A stretch of 63,780 nucleotides of DNA, filler included, from Octopus bimaculoides (taxonomy: Eukaryota), in assembly GCF_001194135.2 (NCBI RefSeq). It is 6 parts of 5 records of this genome, joined end to end, with 100 filler letters (N's around TTAATTAATTAA, not from the genome) between each part and the next. Parts side by side here need not be neighbours in the genome. Positions count along the whole stretch, not along the records: positions 16,617 to 30,971 come from NC_069002.1; positions 31,072 to 38,933 come from NC_068982.1; 4 more parts are not named here. The stretch is one strand, 5' to 3'. The translations under genes were made by a program, and so were the position numbers. The notes below the pieces were generated by a model that was given only the letters and a program-made list of their open reading frames with translations, made no database searches and was not told the origin of the DNA. Shown in pieces: positions 24,554 to 37,676 of this stretch (position 1 is its first letter; every line of letters begins with the position of its first letter).

Positions 24554-24897
24554 ATAGTCTTAATTGAGAAGAATAGGAAGTCAGACATAGTCTTAATTGA
24601 GAAAGGAAACAAACTATGCTGGATCATAGATATAGCATGCCCCGCTGACAACAAGGTATGCAATAAGGAAGAAAGAAAAGTTGAGAGATATGACAGGTTA
24701 GCTTGGGAAGTAAAGCAGTTGTGGTCGATGATAAAGGTGGTAGTAGTACCAATAATTGTTGGAGCCCTGGGAACAGTGAGCAAAAATCTTGAGAATTACG
24801 TGGAACAAATAGGGGCTGCAATAAGGGTGAAGCACTTGCAGAAAATAGCACTGCTTGGAACGCTCGAATACTCCGAAAGGTGCTGGAAAAGTAAGAG
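24553..24897 (+). mobile_element. R4/Dong-like non-LTR retrotransposon, restriction-like endonuclease (RLE) C-terminus
   Basis: RKSD-x14-D-IACPAD...K..RYDRLAWEVKQLWSM..VVVVPIIVGALGTVSK...LQKIALLGT: PD-x14-D, K-x-x-(K/R)Y and PI.VGALG motifs of RLE-class elements. Confidence 0.85.
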
Positions 24898-25259
24898 CTG
24901 TCAATTCTGCCACCTCGCCTTGTTATTGTTGCTGCTGCTGTTGCTGCTGCTGTTGTTGCTGTTGTTGTTGTTATTATTATTATTTATAATAATAATATTA
25001 ATGATGAGGATGATCATCATCATCACCATCATCATCGTCATCATATTCATATAGAATAGGAATAATAAATTGAACAAGTATAATGACAGATATATCAAAT
25101 GTAGAAATAAAGGAAACAAAACTGAATTGATAATCAATGAATACACTGCGTGTGTGCGTGTGTGTGAGTGTGTGTGAGTGTGTGTGAGTGTGTGTGAGTG
25201 TGTGAGGGTGTGTGTATTGCTTACATATTCACATACGTGCATACATATGTATGTATATA

Positions 25260-25304
<45 letters not shown>

Positions 25305-25773
25305 CTGGGAAATGAATGTAAAAATACATTACGCAAGACATATTGTAGACAATTCAAAATTTTCCGCGAATATATCAATGAAAATTTATTTTATAAGAAG
25401 ATTTCAATGATTGTGAATAAATCTCAGTGAAAACGGAAACGGTTTAAAACGCTTATTTGCCTAGAAATAGCAGTCAAAACTGCCATAAAGCCACTATAGT
25501 TACTCGTATCATTTTTCCTCAACCATAAATGCTGTCGGCAGGTGTCATGACGTATAAAATTCAAAACCTAAATAAAAATAAAAGGTTAGTCCTCACTTGC
25601 AATTTCGAAGTTAGGAACCAAAAGTGGATCTATTCTTCTCTTCAGGAGAACATTCCTGTACATAGATTTTAACGCAAAAAACATACCTTGGGGGTTAACA
25701 TGTGTCCCAAACAGCAAGAATAATGTGTCAACGTCTATCTACACAATTCAAATTCTGAATTTAAAAGTTGAAT

Positions 25774-25812
<39 letters not shown>

Positions 25813-25822
25813 CATACATACA

Positions 25823-25853
<31 letters not shown>

Positions 25854-27764
25854 CCACATGTACGTGTATATATACATTCATATAGAATATATTATATTAT
25901 ATTGTATTATATTAAATGTCATGAGCAATTTGCAACGAAATGATTCAAATGTAGCTTGAATCCAGCGAATCTTTATTTTTTGTTCATATTACATTTTTAA
26001 AATGGTATTTACATTGATAGAACGTTGAATGTTGAATATGCTTTTTATTTAAAGTCAGAGAAGTCTGAAGTGTAATATGTATATGTATTTGTCAGTATAC
26101 GTAGTTTGTAAGGCAACAATATATATATATATATGTGTGTATGTATATATATATATATATATATATATAAATGTATATACACAAATATACACTTGCTTAC
26201 ATATATATCTAAACACAGACAGAGATGCAGACATACACACACACACACACGCACACACATATGTATGTATATGCATACAATTATATGACTACATATATAA
26301 GCACACATGCGTGCATGTATATGTATTTCAATCTGATAATGATTAGCCACTGTGCGAAAATGGTTTTGTGAACATTTTCAACTATTTCGAACCATTTAAT
26401 TTTGTTTTTGTCTTTTTTTTTACATTTATGGTATTCCATAGATTCGTTATTTACTTGACTGGTTACATTCTTCCTCGTATGGTTTTCTATTTATATATTT
26501 TCTTTGGCCTTCATTTATGCAAGGAATCTCTTTTGGTATTCTCTTAAACGCTAAACAACATGGAAGTAAAATACAGAGAAAAAAAATTTTCATTCGAAAT
26601 AAAATAATTGGTAATGTTTTGCATTTAGTTAATGTTGCATTAAGGATGTTTCCGATAGAAATTCTCATTTCTTCTTTGAGAAAATGAACAAAAAAATAAT
26701 ACACGTGCTATATCTTAAAATATTTCTTCAAAACTTTATAAAATATTTTCAAATTATATAAATAGAAATCAAGTACTGGGTACTATTAAAGAAGTCACAC
26801 ATACATATGTGTGTGTGTATACATATANNNNNNNNNNNNNNNNNNNNNNNNNNNNNNNNNNNNNNNNNNNNNNNNNNNNNNNNNNNNNNNNNNNNNNNNN
26901 NNNNNNNNNNNNNNNNNNNNNNNNNNNNNNNNNNNNNNNNNNNNNNNNNNNNNNNNNNNNNNNNNNNNNNNNNNNNNNNNNNNNNNNNNNNNNNNNNNNN
27001 NNNNNNNNNNNNNNNNNNNNNNNNNNNNNNNNNNNNNNNNNNNNNNNNNNNNNNNNNNNNNNNNNNNNNNNNNNNNNNNNNNNNNNNNNNNNNNNNNNNN
27101 NNNNNNNNNNNNNNNNNNNNNNNNNNNNNNNNNNNNNNNNNNNNNNNNNNNNNNNNNNNNNNNNNNNNNNNNNNNNNNNNNNNNNNNNNNNNNNNNNNNN
27201 NNNNNNNNNNNNNNNNNNNNNNNNNNNNNNNNNNNNNNNNNNNNNNNNNNNNNNNNNNNNNNNNNNNNNNNNNNNNNNNNNNNNNNNNNNNNNNNNNNNN
27301 NNNNNNNNNNNNNNNNNNNNNNNNNNNNNNNNNNNNNNNNNNNNNNNNNNNNNNNNNNNNNNNNNNNNNNNNNNNNGTACACACGCATACATATCGAATA
27401 TACCCAGGAATTAGTTGGCCTGTGATATTAAGCAGAGGTGAAGAAATGTGCGAAAAATGAGAGGAGAAAAAAAAAGGAAAGTAACGAAAATTCAACTTTT
27501 TCACATGACTGGATTTTATGATCAATATCTTTGTTTCCATGACGAAACTGAGGTAAAGGAAGCCAGAAGTAAAACCAAATGGTATGAAACGAACGTAAGA
27601 GAAAGCAATATAACGAAGTGTTAGAAATACAATAGAAGTAAAAATAATATCAACGTTTGTTATTTCGTTGCTTTCTGTGGCTTTAGTTTAAACAATTGGA
27701 TAACGACGCAAGTTATATTTCTTCTATATTATTACTGTTCATAGCAGCAGCAGCAGCTGCAGCT

Positions 27765-27845
<81 letters not shown>

Positions 27846-27966
27846 TGCATGGTATTCTCCTTATTGTTGATACGTATATGTATTTATGTGTACATATGTA
27901 CATATACGCATGCATGCATAAATGTATGTATGCCTTTATGTGTGTATGTGGAAGCGTGTGCATGTA

Positions 27967-28007
<41 letters not shown>

Positions 28008-28459
28008 GTGTGTGTGTGAGTGTGTATGAGTATAAGTTTTGAGAAGGAAATTAGTTTTGTACGCTACTCTGCCTATAAATTCAATATAATGAGATAAGTA
28101 AAAAGCACAACTAAACGAAATGATAACACTCAGCTACTGACTTGTTTCAGACATAAAAATATTACACGTATGTGTGTGTATGTGTGTGTGTGTATGTGTG
28201 TTTGTGCGTAGAAATATGTGTATATATTCATATATATTTCCCCAATAAACGTNNNNNNNNNNNNNNNNNNNNNNNNNNNNNNNNNNNNNNNNNNNNNNNN
28301 NNNNNNNNNNNNNNNNNNNNNNNNNNNNNNNNNNNNNNNNNNNNNNNNNNNNNNNNNNNNNNNNNNNNNNNNNNNNNNNNNNNNNNNNNNNNNNNNNNNN
28401 NNNNNNNNNNNNNNNNNNNNNNNNNNNNNNNNNNNNNNNNNNNNNNNNNNNNNNNNNNN

Positions 28460-28508
<49 letters not shown>

Positions 28509-28689
28509 GTATGTATATATATCCATATATTGTTGGTCGTACATACGTAGTGTATGTGTCTTGTTCTTGTTTATACGGCAATCTGGTGTGGCAAGTACAT
28601 ACATATAATTATTTTATTTGGGTGTCTAAAAATTCACTATGGAATACAACCACAACCAACTCACATTTTTAGCCATCCAAATATATCCA

Positions 28690-29100
28690 TGAGCCAAATA
28701 GAGATCGACATTTACTGAAAACCTACGGACTCCAAACATTGTCTTCCATTCATGTCATCCCATGTCAAGCACACCACATTATTTGTTCGTTATAACGTAG
28801 GGAAATGGTAGTATCGGAAGCAAACATCCGTGACATTAGACTTCATGAATGAAATGATACTTTCCTATACAGGAATTGCCCACTCTCCTTAATCGACAAG
28901 GGGGCAGAACGAGCCAAAGCTTTCAATATTCAAGAATTAAGATAAGTGAATTAAAGAAATATACCAAAATAGAAAGTCCTACCATAAATGTCCACCCACG
29001 ATCTTAGAAAAAAACGTGACTTGCAGTAAAACAAGCACTGAGAAAGATCTCCAGGCTAAACTAGATCCTCCAAACACATGCCATTATAAAAATCAACACA
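28690..29100 (+). mobile_element. Penelope-like reverse transcriptase C-terminal (thumb) fragment
   Basis: Frameshifted translation IEIDIY*KPTDSKHCLPFMSSH...RLHE...FLYRNCPLSLIDKG..ERAKAFNIQELR matches PLE RT (TDIYYKPTD..QYL...SCHP...NYP..LI..GI.RA). Confidence 0.7.
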
Positions 29101-29124
29101 ACAGAAGCCAATCAAAAATATACT

Positions 29125-29277
29125 AAGGCATAGGTGCGGCTGTGTGGTAAGAAGTTTGGTTCCCAATCACATGGTTCCAGGTTCAGTCCTACTGTGTGGC
29201 ATCTTAGACAAGTGTCTTCTACTATAGTCTTGAGAGTTAATTTGAGTGACGGAAACTGAAAGAAGCCCATCATATGT
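29125..29277 (+). mobile_element. SINE family B, 5' half
   Basis: GGCTGTGTGGTAAGAAGTTTGGTTCCC...GACGGAAACTGAAAGAAGCCC. Confidence 0.85.
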
Positions 29278-29290
29278 ATGCGTGAGTGTG

Positions 29291-29354
<64 letters not shown>

Positions 29355-30308
29355 NNNNNNNNNNNNNNNNNNNNNNNNNNNNNNNNNNNNNNNNNNNNNN
29401 NNNNNNNNNNNNNNNNNNNNNNNNNNNNNNNNNNNNNNNNNNNNNNNNNNNNNNNNNNNNNNNNNNNNNNNNNNNNNNNNNNNNNNNNNNNNNNNNNNNN
29501 NNNNNNNNNNNNNNNNNNNNNNNNNNNNNNNNNNNNNNNNNNNNNNNNNNNNNNNNNNNNNNNNNNNNNNNNNNNNNNNNNNNNNNNNNNNNNNNNNNNN
29601 NNNNNNNNNNNNNNNNNNNNNNNNNNNNNNNNNNNNNNNNNNNNNNNNNNNNNNNNNNNNNNNNNNNNNNNNNNNNNNNNNNNNNNNNNNNNNNNNNNNN
29701 NNNNNNNNNNNNNNNNNNNNNNNNNNNNNNNNNNNNNNNNNNNNNNNNNNNNNNNNNNNNNNNNNNNNNNNNNNNNNNNNNNNNNNNNNNNNNNNNNNNN
29801 NNNNNNNNNNNNNNNNNNNNNNNNNNNNNNNNNNNNNNNNNNNNNNNNNNNNNNNNNNNNNNNNNNNNNNNNNNNNNNNNNNNNNNNNNNNNNNNNNNNN
29901 NNNNNNNNNNNNNNNNNNNNNNNNNNNNNNNNNNNNNNNNNNNNNNNNNNNNNNNNNNNNNNNNNNNNNNNNNNNNNNNNNNNNNNNNNNNNNNNNNNNN
30001 NNNNNNNNNNNNNNNNNNNNNNNNNNNNNNNNNNNNNNNNNNNNNNNATATATATATATATATATATAAGAAAGGGAAGAGCAAAGAGGAGACAACTCAA
30101 AATTGGGCTAAAATTTGAACTTGAATAACAAAGCGAAATGAGTGTACTAAATACCACTCACGGTGAATTCTAAATCTATTTATTTCCTTGCAGAGAACCA
30201 AAGGAAAACTTAGAGGCAATTGTCAGCAGCTCTTTATTTATGCATATTAAAAATATATTCCATTAAAATAATGTTTAGTAAAACGTAAAATTTTCCTTTA
30301 TATTTCAG

Positions 30309-30387
30309 AGACGAAAGACGGCTGTAAAGAACGCGTTGCATTCGGGGGCCAAATTGAGGAAGAAATACTTTCATAGCTATCCTGAGT
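30309..30387 (+). other. Candidate 79-nt spliced exon of unknown transcript
   Basis: TTTTCCTTTATATTTCAG acceptor and GTAAGT donor; one open frame RRKTAVKNALHSGAKLRKKYFHSYPE; no homology recognised. Confidence 0.25.
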
Positions 30388-30679
30388 GTAAGTTGAACCC
30401 TGCTTCAATTTTTGGTGTGATCATCTTATGTCCGCTTTCTTGTCTGGAATACTTCTTCAGGCAAAGAAGTAGAGTGCTCTCTAAAGCAATGTAGCCTTTG
30501 CTACTTCTAGGGTAGCGGTCTTTTTTTAATTTAAAGATTCCTTATTCGAAGCAATATCAACAAAACGCTTTAATGTTGTCACTAGGAAAAGCTTGCGCAT
30601 AAATGCGAGTGTTAGTGTCTTTTTTTGTCTATATTTGTATTGTCAAATGTGGAATAAAAGTCTCCGTTGCTTACACTTT

Positions 30680-30882
30680 TACACTTTTACTTATTTCAGT
30701 CATTTGACTGCGGCCATGCTTAGGTGCCGCCTTTTAGTCGAGCAAGTCGATCCCAGGACTTCTTTGTAAGCCTAGTACTTATTCTATCGGTCGCTTTTTT
30801 GCCGAACCGCTAAGTTACGAGGACATAAACACAGCAGCCTCGGTTGTCAAGCGAAGTTGGGGGGACAAACACAGACACACAA

Positions 30883-30900
<18 letters not shown>
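30680..30900 (-). mobile_element. SINE family B, 3' half
   Basis: TTTCAGTCATTTGACTGCGGCCATGC...GCCGAACCGCTAAGTTACG. Confidence 0.85.
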
Positions 30901-30971
<71 letters not shown>

Positions 30972-31699
30972 NNNNNNNNNNNNNNNNNNNNNNNNNNNNN
31001 NNNNNNNNNNNNNNNTTAATTAATTAANNNNNNNNNNNNNNNNNNNNNNNNNNNNNNNNNNNNNNNNNNNNGAAACAAGTAAAATAGTAAAAAAGAGTAT
31101 GTATGTATGTAGTATATATATATATAAATATATATGGAAAAAAGTCAAAGTAGAAAATGGTAAAATAATTTTATAAAAAAACATTTCAGTACCGGTTTCG
31201 GTCATTAAGACTTTTTCAACTGTAAGTATGGAAAACAATTAAATCTTGGAAAAATTAAATGAAAAGTTTTTTTAAAGAATATTTGCATAGTATTCAAATA
31301 CAAGTGGCATTTTCCTTGTTTCTGCCTGTCTCTGTCTCTCTTGTTTACTCTTGTGGGTTCGAGGTCGTTACATATATATATATATATCTATACATACAAA
31401 TACAGATGCACACATACATGTACGTGTGCATATGTTGTTCATTTCTTTAATAACCGAAACGAGAGACAAATAGAAAATAAACTGAAGCATTTCTCTACTC
31501 CGTATCGTACTGTGAGTAACTACGTGGATAAACCATCCGGATTTTTTTTATCCACCACAGCCCATGATGAACAACTAATACAGCAATCACACCAGCAGCT
31601 AAAAGAACAACAACAGGATCGTGACCACCTATCCTCTTCACTATCATTAACCCATAAATCTCTAAAAAATTCTAACTAGGCCTCTAAAAAATTCTAACT

Positions 31700-32875
31700 A
31701 GGCCACTACTCCAGTCTCAACATTCTTATCCAATGTACAAGGTATCTTGCACACCCTTCCATGCAAAAAGATGGAAGGTCCAATTCATTGAGGACTAGGT
31801 TACCGACCAAATTCATCACATTCCCTTCTTTATCCTTACTGAAGCCCATCTTGACAACTCCTACTTGAAAGCTGAAGTAGATGAAAAGGAAGCGTTGCCA
31901 TTTTCCTGCATTACTCATTTACTGCAGAAACAAATGTCTCATTTTTCAATGGCTATTGTGAATCAGTATCTGTCTATAACAAAACGAACGATTTAGTAAT
32001 AATTGGGCTCTATAGACCCACCTCATGCACCACTATTGTGATTCAAGGACTGCCTCACGAATATCAAGTCTTTCTTTCAACAATGTCATCCTGATAATAT
32101 TTTAATGATGGGTGACATCAATTTCCCCAGTGCTAACTGGTCTACTCATACCCTGAAAACTGGTGCGTGCATTTCCACTTCAGACAAAGCCGCAGTGGAA
32201 TCGCTATTTCAATTTATGGATGAATTTTTCCTGTCCCAACTCGTGCTCGTGCCAACGAGGTTCAAGAAGAACAGTCTGGACTTAGTGCTAAGCAACCACA
32301 CAAACAATATCCACGATATTACAGTGGGAAAAATCTCTTCTTTTTTCCGATCACGATATGGTTCTCTGTCGCCTAAGCTTCTGGCAGCCAATCGCGTATC
32401 CGAGTGATCTCAATCCCTCACACCCCTTCGATCTCATGGATCTTCACAATGCTAACTGCTCTGCAATCAACCATGAGCACTCACTCACGGATAGGTCTTT
32501 CGCAAACTCCTTCACTCCAAGAAGCATTCATTCATCATGGCAGCTATTTATGAACAGAAATCGTGCTCTCTGCACATTACAACACTAAGACAGAACTACT
32601 TCTCCTCAACTGGATCTGCTCTTTTTAACATCATTCCAAAACATAAAAAGGAGGATAAAGATTTCATAACCTTCAAACAGTTCCTGAATGAATATCTCCA
32701 ACAAATTCCAGATAAACCACCTACACCCTGATATACAGCTGCAAGCAACAACTCTTTAATCGAATGGGCAATGGTTCCTAAAAATAACTATACAAAAATA
32801 CATTACTAAATGTCTTCCAGGTGGTGCTATTAAGTTAACTATGGCCTGGACCAATGTGGCCGAAACCTATCTAAG
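31700..32875 (+). mobile_element. CR1-like LINE remnant: APE endonuclease joined to the ORF2 C-terminus and 3' UTR, RT missing
   Basis: NVQG, FILTEAHL, GDINFPSANW, PTRFKKNSLDLVLSN endonuclease motifs, then TLRQNYFSSTG.ALFNIIPK...QIPDKPPTP C-terminal motif; frameshifts and stops. Confidence 0.8.
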
Positions 32876-32889
32876 TATATACACATTAT

Positions 32890-33195
<306 letters not shown>

Positions 33196-33197
33196 AG

Positions 33198-33345
33198 AAA
33201 TTTCCCCAAGACACCTGATGAAGGCTGGAAGGTACATCAACCGAAACGTTGTGTTAACAACAAACAAGACGAGGACAAACATCCGTCAAGTGTAAATAAT
33301 TTAAATAATGTACATAATTCCTCATCTCTAAAATATAGAACTGTA
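33198..33345 (+). repeat. Inverted copy of the hammerhead tail (hammerhead motif 33210-33255, one stem II mismatch)
   Basis: 33198-33300 is the reverse complement of 32905-33007 with a few substitutions. Confidence 0.9.
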
Positions 33346-34368
33346 AGTATATACAGTTGTATATATAATAATTGTTCCAGGAAAAATTGATTGACGAATG
33401 CATTCTTCGAGTGTATTACGATCTCAAGAACGCACGACGAAAACGAAAATCGCCTCCACAAACCTTCCGTCAATAATTTTTGTAATCTCAGTAATCCTTA
33501 GTTCTTTACAAAACCTACTTGTCAACAGGATAAATTAATGATGCGGAGTTGTCATGACAATATACTGTTTCGACTTCGCTATGAGAACAGTGGCTTAAAA
33601 TTCATTGGCTACATATACGTAACTTTAAATGCTTTTAACTTCTTTATTAGCATATAAAACTATATCAAAAGTACGTTTAAAATATTTTCATATTAAGATT
33701 GATGGTGGGAAGAAAACGAAAATGATTCAAGAATTCACAACTGATGACCAGCAAGAGATTTCCGTTGCATTATCCAAAGAAAAGAAAAAAAAAACAAATT
33801 GGTTATTTAAACCAGCCTTTAAAATACCGATGTAACTTGTCATCTTTTACATTTATATTTGTATCCTGTCTAGAATATGTATGACCGAGGCCATGTTATG
33901 CGATGGGTGGTAGTGGGTGACGGAGAGCAGAAAGTGGTGGTGTTGGTGATGGTGGTGCTGCTCTGGTGATACTCCGGCTCTGGGTAGCCGTGCCTCTGTC
34001 AACGGATGCAGTAAAGGGTTGTGGTGTCTGATATTGTTGATCACGGTTTGTGACTGTGGTTATGTTGACGTGAGAACAACAACTACTACAGTTTCTGCAC
34101 CTACTGCTGACGATGGAGGCCCAACTGACGGTGGTTTTTCTGATATCTCCGATATCTCTGTCACTTCACACAGCGACTACTGACTCCTCTTTTCTACCTC
34201 TTTTCGCTGGTTTCAAACCTCGAAACAGACGCCTCGAACATGGCTGCCTTAACTACACTTTGCTCCATCTTTGAAACGTTTTTGTGTTTCAAATACTTTG
34301 TTTTGTTAAAAAATGCTTTTGAAATTAGTTTGCCAATAAAATTGTTACACAAAAAACGAATTTACCTT

Positions 34369-34435
<67 letters not shown>

Positions 34436-34510
34436 CACAGACAGACAGACAGACAGACAGATAGATACATATATACATACATACATACATACATATGCAG
34501 ACGCATACAG

Positions 34511-34541
<31 letters not shown>

Positions 34542-34708
34542 CATGTACACACACATACACAAACATATATACATACACACCTACAAACATCCATACAAAT
34601 ACATACAAAAATACATACAAGTATCTATACATACAGACATACATATATGCATACATACAAGCATACCTATATGCGTATATCACTACCGGTCACCTGTGAA
34701 TATATCTG

Positions 34709-34775
<67 letters not shown>

Positions 34776-34879
34776 CTGTGTCTGTCTACTTATCTATCTA
34801 TATATATATATGTTGATAGATAGATAGATAGATAGGTAGATAGATAGATAGATAGATAGATACATAGGTTTGACTTGAT

Positions 34880-36156
34880 TTGATTTGATCTAGTTTCAGC
34901 TCTGAGTTGTGGCTATGCTGGGACACCGCCATTTGGTGCTGCTACATAATTTTAATTCACTAATTCCTTTTAGAAATTGACATTTTGTGCATGAGGGAGT
35001 TTGATGCCGCTGCCCACTTTCCTGCTGTGAAGTTGGTTCATCTGAGACACTTGACAGTAAGGGATCCAGTTTCGTTTTGAAAACACCTGCATCCACCCCA
35101 CGCAGGTCTCTTAGGTCCTTCGGGGGGATACTGAAAAGCTGTGGTCCCCTAAAGCCCAGGCTGTTGCAATATCTTGTCTTAAATCTTCATGGTAAATTGA
35201 GAGTCCTTGGCACGATGCAGTGGGACCCAGTTCTAGTAGTTGTGTAACTCTCAATGCCAAAGTTTGGGACAAGTCCCTACAGGATCTTCCACATATATAT
35301 TATGGCATGTCTTTCACGCATACGCTTTAAGGAATAGAGTCTTAATCTCGAGTCTTTCCCAGTAGCTTATATGCTGCATAGAAGCTATCTTCGTGTAGCT
35401 TCGCTGAATTACCTCAAGTTCTGCAATTAATTTGACACTGGTCGGTGACCATAGCTGAGAGCAATAGTCAAAGTGGCTTAGGACAAATGTCCTCCAGAGC
35501 ACCATCATGGTTTCCTGATCTCACGTTCTAAAAGTTCTAAGAATCCATCCGGTCAGCCGCCTGCATTTCATTGCCAACATAGCAACATGCACAAGGAAGG
35601 ATGCATCATTACTCATGTAACTGCCCAGGTCTCACACTGACTATGTCTCTGGGATTGCAATTCCTCCAGGTCCAGTGAATCTAATGGATATTGCATTTAG
35701 ATTTGCATGCTGATAGCACAAGGCTTGAAACTTTTCAGCAGTACACTGCATGCTATTCTTTTCAGCCCACTTGTATATTTCATCCGATTCACATTGCAGA
35801 TATACAGTGTCTTCAGGGTTCTGTATTACCTGTGAGACTTTTGTATCATCTGCATAACTTGTGATCGTGACTCTCTGTGTGGCTGAGGGCATATCTGAGA
35901 GGGCCATTATGAACAGTAGTGGTCTCAAACAGTGCCTTGCGGAACACCGCTCACTATTTGCTTGTTACTGGAGGTGTCCCCATTAGCTACTACCGCCTGC
36001 CTTCTATCCTTTAGAAAGTCATGCAGTCATTCTCCCAATTTCCCGACTATGCCGAGTTTACGCAGTTTGTGACATATCATTCCACGATCGTCTTTATCGA
36101 AGTCCTTTGCAAAGCCGAGATATATCACTTCCACGTTTGAGTGGTTGAGCAGCTGT
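34880..36156 (-). mobile_element. CR1-like LINE, 5'-truncated, RT domain to 3' UTR (pseudogenised)
   Basis: VIYLGFAKDFDK, SGVPQGT, LLFI, SYADDTK, LSHFDYCSQLWSP, FKTKLDPLLSSVSDEPT motifs; stops and frameshifts; abuts an N gap. Confidence 0.92.
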
Positions 36157-37643
36157 NNNNNNNNNNNNNNNNNNNNNNNNNNNNNNNNNNNNNNNNNNNN
36201 NNNNNNNNNNNNNNNNNNNNNNNNNNNNNNNNNNNNNNNNNNNNNNNNNNNNNNNNNNNNNNNNNNNNNNNNNNNNNNNNNNNNNNNNNNNNNNNNNNNN
36301 NNNNNNNNNNNNNNNNNNNNNNNNNNNNNNNNNNNNNNNNNNNNNNNNNNNNNNNNNNNNNNNNNNNNNNNNNNNNNNNNNNNNNNNNNNNNNNNNNNNN
36401 NNNNNNNNNNNNNNNNNNNNNNNNNNNNNNNNNNNNNNNNNNNNNNNNNNNNNNNNNNNNNNNNNNNNNNNNNNNNNNNNNNNNNNNNNNNNNNNNNNNN
36501 NNNNNNNNNNNNNNNNNNNNNNNNNNNNNNNNNNNNNNNNNNNNNNNNNNNNNNNNNNNNNNNNNNNNNNNNNNNNNNNNNNNNNNNNNNNNNNNNNNNN
36601 NNNNNNNNNNNNNNNNNNNNNNNNNNNNNNNNNNNNNNNNNNNNNNNNNNNNNNNNNNNNNNNNNNNNNNNNNNNNNNNNNNNNNNNNNNNNNNNNNNNN
36701 NNNNNNNNNNNNNNNNNNNNNNNNNNNNNNNNNNNNNNNNNNNNNNNNNNNNNNNNNNNNNNNNNNNNNNNNNNNNNNNNNNNNNNNNNNNNNNNNNNNN
36801 NNNNNNNNNNNNNNNNNNNNNNNNNNNNNNNNNNNNNNNNNNNNNNNNNATATATACATACATATATACATGTATATATATATATACATTCATATATATA
36901 GTTGTATATATATGTATATATATATACATATATACAGATAGATGTATGTATACACACACATAAATAAAGATGCGTGTGTGCATGTATATATGCACGTAAA
37001 CACATACACTCATATATGTGTGTGTGTGTGTGTGTGTATGTAAGTGTAAAATTTACTCATCTTCGGACAGGCATACAGACACACATATATACTAGTCTAC
37101 ATACAAACGCATACATACATACAAACATACATACATACATACATACATACATACATACATACATGCACGCATACATACATTCGTACATATAGCACAAAAC
37201 TGTTGTTTCCCAAGTTCTGAATGTTTCCAAAGCAAAATATTCCAAGGACGCACTCTGTGTGTGTTTCTCTTCATTTCTGCACTGAATCCTCTGACATTTC
37301 CTTTTATGAAACCTCCAATGGTTCCAACAGCAGGGTTACCATAATTTCTTAGGTGCCGATCTAAAGATCTACACTAGAAATATTTACAATGCTGAGGAAC
37401 AGCTGCAGTTTGTATCGTTGACGTGCGGATAGAATTTTGTTCAGAAGAATTATCATATTTTGTAGAGGAATGGAGGAAAACTGCTTCCCAAACTAAAAGC
37501 CTTTACATCAATTGTCTCGTCCGCCTGATCGCCTGTCTCCCACTCCTCTCTCTTCCTTCTTCTCTCCATATGTATCATCTTTCTCAAACTATCTGTGTAT
37601 GTCTCTCGCTCCTTTTCTCGCTCTCTCTCTCTCTCTTTCTCCC

Positions 37644-37676
<33 letters not shown>

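Noticed and set aside
33860-34180. GC-richer segment with a possible acceptor and His/Thr-rich frames
   Set aside because: Built on degenerate (GGT)n/(ACT)n repeats; no frame stays open from the acceptor.
37200-37350. Minus-strand GTIGGFIK resembling a retroviral protease flap motif
   Set aside because: No D-T/S-G catalytic motif or other retroviral context; probably chance or a decayed LINE.
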